Under the pieces are notes generated by a model. The model was given only the letters and a program-made list of their open reading frames with translations. It was not told where the DNA came from and did no database searches. A DNA stretch of 64,000 nt, taken from assembly GCA_051942245.1 (NCBI GenBank), contig JAVECL010000001.1, positions 1 to 64,000 on the forward strand, in the 5' to 3' direction. Of the stretch, positions 1-10,849 are shown piece by piece. Each line of letters starts with the position of its first letter. The first letter of the stretch is position 1. This stretch comes from Trypethelium eluteriae. Lineage: Eukaryota. Both the position numbers and the translations under genes were made by a program.

Positions 1-356
1 AAATTTGGAGCGATTTGGACAAGGTTAAAAGCAAAGGACCCTACCAAAGGACCCTACCCCCTGTCGTGCTAACCCTAACCCTATTTTGCTAACAAAAGCA
101 AAGGACCCTTATAAGAGTCCTTCGCCCCATATAGGTTAGAAAGTCTACCCCCGTCCCTAGCGCGGATATTGCCACCATCCAACCCCCGCCTTATAGCCAT
201 CTATCCACCTGCTCCTATCAATCCACCACCCCCGCGTAATAATATCCACATGCCAGCTCCGCTATAACTGCTTTACATTATGCCCAGCTTTTACAATATA
301 CCACCCCTCTCCATCCCTCTATTAATTATTAAGTCTGCTAATAACATATCCCTACT

Positions 357-853
357 TGTTACGAACGCTCCTAACCAAGGACGCGTTGGAGGTAGCCACT
401 ACTTATAGTGCACCAATCGCGTAACACCGAGCGCGTCTCGCAACAGGAGTAAGCAAGGACGTGGCACGGACACCTCGACCATCTCGCAGCAAGATGAGCG
501 AGATCTCACCTCGCAGAGAGCGAGACGACATCTCGCCCTTCTCGCTGCGACACCAGCGAGAAGGAAGGTTGTAGTGGAGAAGGAATGAATATTTAAGGAA
601 CCAAGTTTTAAGCACACTCTTATTCTTCTCCTTGCGTTTTATTACTTTACTGTATTATACTAAAACTGTATCTATAATTAGTTATAAGCTAAATTAAACA
701 AGTCCTTATTTATTACTAAATTGTTCAAAGCTTAGTGACCCTTCTTACATCATTGGATCCTTGACACTCCGCTCTTACGTGAAAAAAACCCTAAGACCCT
801 TCTACGTACCTGCTACAAGCTGTGCTTATACCAGGGGGTATAGGCTTATAACA
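357..853 (+). repeat. 5' LTR
   Basis: Starts TGTTACG and ends ATAACA; aligns without gaps to 6540-7036. Confidence 0.96.
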
Positions 854-872
854 CAATAAAACACCCTCAAGG

Positions 873-2609
873 ATGAGTTAATCAGGATCTACTCCACAGC
901 CGGAGTCCCGCACCGAAGCCCCATCAAAGGAAGGTAAGGTGGGATAACCTGATAAGTACTTTGGGGAAAGAAGCAAGTTGGAAGAGTGGCTATGCTAAAT
1001 CCAACTCCACTTCTTATTTAAAAGAATTCTAGATAATTAATAGACCTTGGTAGCCTTATCATACTTAAGAGGATAGGCCCAGCACTGGATAAAACCCAAA
1101 TTAATTTTATATCTTAACAACTTAGAGGACCCTAACAGTTTTTTTACAAGATTCCCTTAATTTAAAAAAGAGCTTAAACAAATTTTTGGGATTTTTAATA
1201 AGGTTAAGATAGCGGAGTGAGCAATTTAGAACCTAGTACAAAAAACTTTAATAGCGGATTACGCAGCCAAATTCTAAAAGTATTCCAATAAACTGGAATA
1301 GAACAATAAAGCATTACAACCTATGTACTAGAGAGGACTTAAGGATGATGTTAAGAATGAGCTAATGCGCTACAGCGGCTTTATTAACATGTTGCAAGAA
1401 CTTATTAATGCCTTAATTAAATTAGACAATAAGCTTTACGCAAGGCGTATAGAAAGGTGATTAGCCCCATACATTCCAGCAGGAAGAATGGGAGGAATTA
1501 CTTAATATTATAATAATAATAAACTAATAGAAGGAGTTTAATACTCCAACCTTGCGCAAAGCAAGAAGGAAAGAGGTGCCTAAACCAAAAGAAAGTGCTA
1601 TACTTATGGAAAACCAGGGCATATAACAAGAAACTGCCAATCCAAGAATAAGGTAGATCGCAGGGAAGAATTTAATATGGCAACCTAAGTCCACCTAGGA
1701 GAAGATAAGATTATTATTAATAAACTAATAAGTAATAATAATACTAGGAACTTAGATGTTTTTTAGTATTAAATATTTAACAATAAATCCAACGCAGAGG
1801 AAAGTACTTTATGGGAAAAAGTTACAAACCCTGTGAACAGCTAAGAGGACCTACTAGAAGTTACTTACAGTATCCAAGGAGAGGTAGCAACGCAAAAGAA
1901 GCATGAGGATTATGTGCACTTAATGTCAAAAATAGAAGATTACCCAGATCATAAAATCCTAGGAAGATGTGTAATGCAAAACTGCAAAATCCATTGTGCT
2001 TATGTTGCAACACACCCCAAACTCCTAACAACTATATGGAATTTAGAATAACGGAATTTTAGATACTGGAAGGAGGTCTATGGACTCTTACAGCATCCCG
2101 ACCATAATCGGATAACCGGATGGGAGCAATATTAAGACAATGCGTGTAAAAAGCATTAATAGGACAAGGAACAGAATAAAAAGAGGTTATGATACTAATT
2201 TCAGCATTTTACTAAATGCGGGCTTAAGGATTATGCATTCTACTAAGAATAGGAAAGCGAGCACAGTTAACTAAGCGAAAAGTTCTGTAAAGAAAAGGAG
2301 ACCTGCCCATACCACAGACCAGGTAATAGTGTAGCTTAAAGAAGGAGCAGATCCGAACAGGGATTATATCCAAAACCACCCTATAAACTGTCTGTGTGTA
2401 AAATAATAAACTGGCTGAAATGTGTTAGCATTATGTGTGTTAAACACCGCCAAAAGCAAGCGGACTATTGTGCGAAATATTAATGTAATAACCTAAATTG
2501 CTACAAACATCGCCTAAGTTATAAGGATATAAAACCAGAATAGCAAGCCTGCCATAACACCGCTAAGAAGATAAATAATAAAAAGGGAAAAATTAACAAC
2601 TTCTTATAA
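873..2609 (+). pseudogene. gag: Retrotransposon gag with an extended Cys/His-rich C-terminal region, RIP-inactivated
   Basis: ATG at 873. Capsid-like PDKYFGERSKLEEWL and ALSYLRG*AQHW. Zinc knuckle CYT(Y/C)GKPGHITRNC at 1596. The same frame runs to about 2609 with many RIP stops. Confidence 0.85.
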
Positions 2610-5600
2610 AGGGGTTATAAGCAAGTTATAATATAACATCCCCTAGCAAAGCAATGACAGGATTGTTTAAAATTAAGGTTAAGATTAAGAACTAACAGGT
2701 TAAAGCAATAATTAATAGTAATGCATTAGTAAACATAATAGCAGCAATAACCACTAAAAAGATTGGACTTAACACTAGGGAAAAGGAAAAGCTATACAGT
2801 TTATATGGAGCTACTGGACTATAACTTGCAGAACAAGGATAGGTGGATACTAAGACGGAACTTATTTTTATGACTACGCAAGGGCACACTAAGGAAATCC
2901 AATTTGATATTATAAATCTAATTAGGTATAATATTATACTTGGATTACCATGGTTACAAAATTATAACCCGGATATTAATTGGGAAACAGGGGAAATTAC
3001 GTTCTTTAGGTGCAAACACGGCATTGCACGGGACCCTAGAGGAGCAGAGAATTGCTCTAGGGATAAGATAAGGACAAGCTATAGTGTAGCTTTAATGTCG
3101 ACAAATAAAAATGATTAAGAAGGACAAACTGGATCCGGCGTATCTGACACTTTAATAAAGGTAGAAGGTTAATTAAGGGATAACATAGAGCGTAAGGACG
3201 CTGAACTTATGACGATACCTCTTAAATATAAAGAGTATTTGCCACTCTTCAAGAAAGGGAGGGCAGACTAAGCACTGCCTCCGCACTAACTGTGGGACTA
3301 TAAAATAAAATTAGAGTTAGGGAAGCAACCCACTTTTAGACCTTTATATCCCCAGTCACAGAGAGAACTAAAGACGCTTTAAGAATGGCTAAGAGAAAAC
3401 CTTAGGAAGGGATTTATCCGAAAATTAGAGTCTTTAGTAGGATACCCCATACTTTTTATTCCTAAGAAGAATGGCAAACTGCAATTATATGTTAATTACT
3501 AAAAACTTAATGCTATTATGGTTAAAAATAGGTATCCGTTACCTAATGCGGCAGAACTGAGAGACCGCCTAACCAGAGCAAAGTGGCTTATATTATTAGA
3601 TCAGAGAGATGCTTATAATTCCATCCGCATGAAGGAAGGTGAGGAATAGAAAACTGCATTTAGAACAAGATACGGACTATTTAAATCCTTAGTAATGCTG
3701 TTTGGACTAACAAACGCACCTGCGACCTGTTAGGAATAAATCAATAACGCATTACAACTATATTTAAACATCTTTATGATTGTATATCTTAATGATATAC
3801 TGATTTATTCTAAAATAAAGGAAGAATATGTAAAACATGTAAAGATGGTATTAGAATGTTTAAGGAAAAGGAATCTTAAATTATTATTAGAGAAGTGTAT
3901 CTTCCACTAAGAACAAGTAATATTCTTAGGATATATGGTAAGAAAAGATTAGATTTAAATAAAACCAGGAAAGGTATAATTAGTTTTAACATAGCCGGAG
4001 CCAACAAATATTAAGGGGGTTTAAAGTTTCTTGGGATTTACAAACTTTAACCAACAGTTCATCCTTAAATATTCTAAAAAAGCAAAACCACTTACGGACC
4101 TTATAAAGGGTAAGCAATTATTTAAATAGGAATAGCCACAAAAAAGAGCCTTTAAAGTTATTAAAAATAAGATTATAAAAAACCTAGAACTGATAATCTG
4201 CAACCCAAAGTTACTACTAAAGCTTAAGACGGATGCTTCAGATTTTATAATAAGCGCCTGCTTATTACAATGGGTAGATGGGAAGTAGAGACTGATAGGA
4301 TACTACTTAAGAAAAATGACTCCTGCTGAACTAAATTACAACATCTATGACAAAGAATTGCTGGCAATAATAGCAGCAATGGAGCACTGGAGAGCGTACA
4401 TAGAAGGAACACCCAAGCTAGACGTTTATACCAACCATAAGAATCTGTTAACATTTATAACAATAAAACAGTTAAATTAAAGATAAGTTAGATGGGCAGA
4501 ACTCCTTAGACAATATAAGTTTACTATATATTACGCACCAGGAAAGGAAAATGGAAAAGTAGACGCTTTAAGTTAATAAGAAGACTATTAAGGAAATAAA
4601 AAAGTGTACTAAGCAGTGTTTAAAGAAAAGAATAACAGCACTCTTAAAAGCATTTCCTAAGAGTTTGGATTAATTCTTAACATCTTAAAAGATAAGGATG
4701 AACAGTTCCCTATTGTTACTTAAAAATTACGGGTTCTGAATAATAAAGTTAACCATTATATTCAAAGATATTATAATAAACCGCGATATGGACATCCTAG
4801 AGCTGTACAGACACTTAGGAATATATCTCAAAACTGCATTTTTGATGATATAAAGCAGAAAGCCCAAAGCTATGTGGAAAAATATGATTATTGCAAAAGA
4901 AATAAGCACAGTACCCAAAAAAAAAAAGGCACCATCCAACCAATTTAAGCACTAACAAGGCCTTAGGAGCAGATCACAATGGACTTTATCACAGACTTAC
5001 CTGCGTCAAAGCACCCAGTAACCGGAGAAGTCTACACAGCAATCTACGTGATAGTATGCAGACTGACAAAGTATACAATACTAATTTTATTTAGCAAGAA
5101 ATATGGAATAAAAAAAACAGCATGGATACTCTTCAAAAGAGCGATATCATACTTTAGATTACCTATCTTAATAATATCAGACTGAGATAGAAGGTTTATA
5201 GCCAAATTCTTCCAAATGTTAATGGCAAACTTAGGGACTAAAGCCAAGCTATTAACAGCATATCACAAGGAGACTGACAGACAAACTAAATGGATAAACT
5301 AATTACTGGAATAATTCTTAAGACACTACATTAGTAATCTATAAGATAATTGGGTATTGTTATTACCTATAGCATAATTGTATATTAATACAAGAGAATC
5401 CAGTACAATAAAGTTCGCGCCTATTTAAGGGCTAATAAGATATATACCACCATTAGTTTAACCAATACCTATTGGAATAACATTAGCATTAGGGGAAGAG
5501 CATGGAAAAATAATAAAATGAATACATAATAAAATAGCCAGGAATATTAATAAAAAAAACCAGAGTTTAATTAAAAACAACAAAAAAGTAAATAGACCTT

Positions 5601-6019
5601 AATTAAAGGAGGGGGATAAAGTATATTTACTTACAAAAAACTTAAAAACAAAAAGACCTTACAAGAAGCTTAGCGCGGTAAAGGTCAGTCCATTTATTAT
5701 TAAAGAAAGAAAAAATAAGGTTAATTATAAGTTAAACCTTCCATAGGACGCTTAAGTTCACCCGGTGTTTTATTTATCCCTATTAAAGTTAGCAGATAAA
5801 AACACACTATGTGCAGAAATATTTAGGTATAAATTAGAGGAAGAACACAAGTTTAAAGTAGAAAAAATCCTGCAAAAGAAAAATAAAAAATATTTGGTAA
5901 AGTGGAAAGGATACCCAAACTCGGAAAACACTTAGGAGATGGGAGAAATACTGTCCAAGTGTGGAGAAAAAATATAACAATATCTAAGTTTAAGAGAAAA
6001 AGGAAAAACCTACCTATAA
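2585..6019 (+). pseudogene. pol: Retrotransposon pol (protease, RT, RNase H, integrase, chromodomain), RIP-inactivated
   Basis: All motifs lie in one frame: VKAIINS (from AMIDSG) at 2699, MLFGLTNAPAT, YLND (from YLDD) at 3785, TDASD at about 4229, MDFITDLP at 4979, and FKVEKIL...YLVKWKGY at about 5852-5914. Confidence 0.93.
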
Positions 6020-6461
6020 TAACCATATTTTTAATACCAGCAAAAGTTTCCCATAATAAGGGAGAAAGACCAATAATAGCGGCAGCGGCAGGATAGTTAT
6101 CCTTACTAACCGCACCCTTGTTAAGCTTATTAAGAGCATGTTTAGTTTTCCGTTTTATATATTCCTTAGCTTAATAAAAAATCTTTTTATAACGCATGAG
6201 GTAAGCAAGCACTTTGGCAAGCTCTTCCTCATCCTCTAACACTCTTTTAGCATATTCCTCTTAAGTGCGATTAAGAGAAGACCACAATAAGTTTACACAC
6301 AGTTTCCCTATTTTCACATACTCAGAACACTTAGCATAAAACTCCATAGCAATATAGACACAACCACAAAGGAGGCAAAGGTTATAAGGCGATGGAACCA
6401 GAAGACCAAAGTTTTCAATCTCTAAGGACAAGCAGTAGCGATAAAGTTTGGAGGAAGACAT
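6010..6461 (-). pseudogene. Antisense accessory ORF of the retrotransposon: Zn(II)2Cys6-like motif plus coiled coil, RIP-mutated
   Basis: ATG at 6461. Restoring three TAT codons to TGT gives C-x2-C-x6-C-x8-C-x2-C-x6-C. This is followed by the helical EEYAKRVLEDEEELAKVLAYLMRYKK. The 3' end is approximate. Confidence 0.7.
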
Positions 6462-6522
6462 CTTGCTAAATGGATGGAAGCAGGGTCACTCCTACTTATG
6501 TTCCACGTAAGGACACGTGACT

Positions 6523-6535
6523 AAGGAGGAGGGGG
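6523..6535 (+). other. Polypurine tract (plus-strand primer)
   Basis: AAGGAGGAGGGGG ending 4 nt before the 3' LTR. Confidence 0.85.
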
Positions 6536-6539
6536 CTAA

Positions 6540-7036
6540 TGTTACAAACGCTCCTAACCAAGGACGTGTTGGAGGTAGCCACTACTTGTAGTGCACCAAT
6601 CGCGTAACACCGAGCGCGTCTCACAACAGGAGTAAGCAAGGACGTGGCACGGACACCTCGACCATCTCGCAGCGAGATGAGCGAGATCTCACCTCGCAGA
6701 GAGCGAGACGACATCTCGCCCTTCTCGCTACAACACCAGCGAGAAGGAAGGTTGTAGTGGAGAAGGAATGAATATTTAAGGAACCAAGTTCCAAGCACAC
6801 TCTCATTCTTCTCCTTGCGTTTTATTACTTTACTGTATCATACCAAAACTGTATCTACAGTTAGTTACGAGCCAAATTGAACAAGTCCTTATTTATTACC
6901 AAATTGTTCAAAGCTTAGTGACCCTTCTTACATCATTGGATCCTTGACACTCCGCTCCTACGTGAAAAAAACCCTGAGACCCTTCTACGTACCTGCTACA
7001 AGCTGTGCTTGTACCAGGGGGTATAGGCTCATAACA
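6540..7036 (+). repeat. 3' LTR
   Basis: Starts TGTTACA and ends ATAACA; followed by the TSD CTACT. Confidence 0.96.
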
Positions 7037-10000
7037 CTACTGCTGTCTTATATCTTATACCATCCTCACACCACAATACTGTATATTAAATATTCGCTTA
7101 AATTATACTTACCCAAATATATTATGCACACCGGATGTGTATATTATTACCCAACTCTTTTTCTAACACCAGCAGAAGTATTGCCATTAGCAGTACCAGC
7201 AGACATCCCAGCACCTAAAGCTGCTTTAGCTCCGCCAGCTTCTATTATTACTTGCTTGCGGTAAAAATTAAATAACACTTATTAATAACCACCCATCGCA
7301 GTAGCTGCTTATGCTGTAACACACGCGCATACCCCAAAAATCTATTGTCCCCAGTAATATCCGCACTAACAACCACCACCGCCGCCGGATCCGTTTATCC
7401 GTACTGCCACTTAATTGCCTTAATCCCAGCTCCTGCCAGCTGCTATAATAAATCCCTAATTAATACTTAAAATAGGACTATTACCACTATAACCCCAGCA
7501 TCCGCTAATTATGCTAGCACCATAAATAATAAGCTTTTTCCTCCCCCTGTTAGTAAAATAACTATAAGCGGCATTACCCCAGTAATAACTGCCCGGATTG
7601 CTTAACTTTATTCCACTGATTTAAACTGCGCATCCGGACCACCCAGTACTTACTGCAGTGCCTGCTGTATTACTATATCTGTGTGTTTAATCCGTTTAAC
7701 TTATTTATTGTAGCAATCCGAATTAATTAGGGGTTCGGTTATGTTGTACAGTTGTTAATTCCTAATGCGTCCTTTATTAATCCCTTCCGCCCTCTGCTTA
7801 GTATCTACTCCCACTTTTATCTATTCCTCTTTTTTAATTTTCATACCGCTATTCTTCTTTACTGTTATTCTTATTTACTTAATTCCCAGCCCAGTTATTT
7901 AATTTTAAATCTCTCACCTTAGCTTTTATTATTAATCCCAGTTTATAATAAGCCCTAAAAACTGATGCTATTATTTACTTAACAGCCAAAAAACCTTAAT
8001 TAATTGCTTACTTAAATATTTAATAATATCAACCGGAATACTGTAATTATTAATCCCAATCTGTGTTATACAAGCACTCTGCAACTCCAGCACACTCTTA
8101 CCCTCTTCTTTTTCCACTTTAGCTTCTTCCCTTTCTCCAATATTATCCTAATACCCCTAACTAAATTACTCCCCTACTATCCGCTGTTTAATACTTACAG
8201 CAACATATTAATAATCTAGTGTTATTAATATCACCCCCAACCGCTTTGCTGTTTTGTGCTTAATAATATATATTATACAACCCATATCCTATAGGCCCCG
8301 CTTATCAGCCCATATATAATTATAATCCCTACTGGTTTTACCCAATACTTATACTTGGAGATATTCTACCCACTGCTGCACATATGCTAAATAAATTACT
8401 ATTATATGCCCTAGCTGTACCGGCAAAAAACAGGGCATAATCTTTGGTTTGTCCCATTGTGACTATAATTTATAATACCGGATTACAGTTATTACTTACC
8501 CATTTACCACAAAAATATTACAATCCTATAAAAAGCTATTGCAATGCCACATTATTATAATTTCAGTCCCCTATGCCGGTTGTCTGGATGTAATGTGTAT
8601 GCTTATAAGCAGCTATTTTAGCTACTGCTTAACTTAACATAAGTATCGCCATACATCTTATTGCTTCTACTGCCCACCTTATAACCGCATGTCTTATCCA
8701 GTCAGACTTCTTAATATCTATTCTAGCATTTACTTTAGCCCCCCCTTAAGTTAATTTCCAGCTTGGTTAACTATTAAGACTCCTTGCTATGTGAATGTAA
8801 TATTATTAACTAACTGCTCCATTAGAATAATAAACCGCATTATACAGTCTGTTACCCATATTAATTTTTCCCAAAAATTATCTTCTACTTTATGCACAAG
8901 ATTTTGTGCTATTTATTAAAACTATTAAATTATAATTAGTTATCTATAAATGTAAAACTATTTGCCATCTTATAACCATTGCGTTTGCCCTGCGTTATTA
9001 ATATTCAATCTAATAGCTTTGCCATATGCGAGTAGACTAAGCATTTTGCTTATCAGACTGTACAACCCGTTAATTAAGTATTGTTTATGTTTATTTAAAA
9101 AGTACGCCCATTGTTTATCTCCCTGCTACTCTTATTTACTTAACAGCAGCAAAATCTTAACAGCAACTACCCGCACATAGTAGACCACACCAGCAAGTAT
9201 GTATAAATAGCTTTTTGCTGTCCGCAGTTAATCCATCTCTCTATTAATCCCAAGAATAGCTAAAAAATAAATTAATCTACTTATAAATAGGTTATCCCCA
9301 GTTATTATTAAAATAAATAACTGCAGCACTGCAAAGAAACTGCTAATATGCTCCTATTTATTTGCTTTATCTAACCGCTGCCATAGTAAAGTTACCAACT
9401 TTTTTTATGCTCCTTACCACAGAAATATCTTACAGGCATCTTAAAAGTAATCCAGTCTCTTATCCTCCCAGTAAGAACCAGCATAAGTAAGACTAACATT
9501 AAAACCAGAACCAGATTTATTATTACTTATTTTATTACTTTTACTCTCTTCCTTGCTGTGCTCTTTATTGCTATTATTTTATTATTATTACTCCCACTCT
9601 TCTTTATTCTAAATAATCCGGAGTGTATAATAGACAAATATAATAAGATACCCAGTATATTATTGCTGACTCTTAATATTCTACAGTCGCGCTAACAGCC
9701 GTTAATCAACCTCTTCGCGCTTCGCACTCCGCAGCCAGCGCCGCGTTTCTTAAGCCAATATCAACAATCCTCAGACCCCCTGCTCCACTGCCCGCTTAAC
9801 TGCTTAAGCCGCTTATTGTAGCTTAGTTTTATTCTTTTTTAGGAGCCAGATTGCAGCAGCTAGATATCAACAGTTTCGGTTTGCCAGATGTGACAGCCAA
9901 CCTGTTTAATTATACCAGCCAGTTTGGTTATTTTTAGCCACTTTTACATCAACCACCTATGCCTCTTACTCCACTCATTCTTGTGTGCTCTTCCATTCAT

Positions 10001-10849
10001 CCAAAAGAGAATCAATAGTTGCTTGCTGCTTAGATAGTGCACTAATGTGACTTGCTTAAACAGTAAAGTATTACCGCTGTGCACCCGCTTGAAAAAACAT
10101 CTATAAAGAAACTTGTTTAAAGTAGCTATCCACATCCTTTTTACACCACAATAAGCAGTGTTTTTGTTTTTAATATATCCGTAGCGCGTCTTAATTAACC
10201 ATTAGATAATCACACATTATGACGGTATAGTAAAACCCTTCCAACAGCAGACCTAGTACCAAAAATGGCGGGCACATTAGCGGCGGCTAATCCACTTCCT
10301 TGGGCTTTTTAATCTATTAATAATAGTATTTCTTAATAAGTGCTGTCTATACGTTAATTAGGAGTGTGTAATGGTTGCGGAGATGTGTTTATAAATTCTT
10401 AATTATAGTTGCATATTGCCAACAGATAAGAATATAATATCGCTAGAGATAATAAAGCTGCTGTTCAGCCTCTTCTATAATAACAGTACATTTGGGGGCG
10501 GTTGCTGCTGCTTATTATTATTTTAATATTCCTCTTACTGCGGCGGTCACAGTTTGTGCATTCCAGCAGAACTTTATTACTACAGTTATGAGAATCTCTT
10601 ACACTCTTCTTCCACGCTTCTATTTCTGTAATTTAAAACAGAAATCAGGTTCTCCTAAATTGTGCGACGCAATTAATACTATGTTTGCCTCCAGTAACCG
10701 GGGTGGAAAAGTGAATGAATAAACCCTACGGACACCGCGAAAGAACCCCTTGGGCCCGCCCGAACGGGTCTAGCGATACCCCAACCCTAGCCCGATCGGG
10801 ACGAATCATGGTTCGTTCGTGCGATCCTCTCGGATAGGGTATTCTTAAG

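Larger units (their letters stand above)
357..7036 (+). mobile_element. Full-length Ty3/Gypsy LTR retrotransposon (chromovirus), inactivated by RIP
   Basis: Two 497-bp direct repeats with TGTTA...TAACA ends. Identical 5-bp flanks CTACT at 352-356 and 7037-7041. Internal order is gag, PR, RT, RH, IN, chromodomain. Polypurine tract precedes the 3' LTR. Many TAA/TAG stops. Confidence 0.97.
138..10478 (-). pseudogene. Telomere-linked-helicase-type gene (DUF3505-like N-terminus, recombinase-like middle, RecQ helicase); RIP-mutated, split by the LTR element and truncated near 138
   Basis: Minus-strand motifs: ILICWQY...HLRNHY (about 10420-10365), HITSRQPA*GTE (8560-8600), Walker A PLIVILLTGGGKSLLF (7524-7572), VVINKCY from VVIDECH (about 7271-7292), and LLMAILL from LLTATLP. 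Beyond the insertion: RGVVYCKS (about 300) and VAISALGTGVDF (142-180). Confidence 0.88.

Noticed and set aside
70..83. True telomere
   Set aside because: Only about two hexamer units, with non-telomeric sequence on both sides.
399..617. Short minus-strand ORFs at 399-617 and their twins at 6496-6806
   Set aside because: They lie in the LTRs and are duplicated only because the LTRs are; no protein motif.
854..872. tRNA primer-binding site after the 5' LTR
   Set aside because: No TGG-initiated tRNA-complementary sequence is visible; self-priming is possible but could not be shown.
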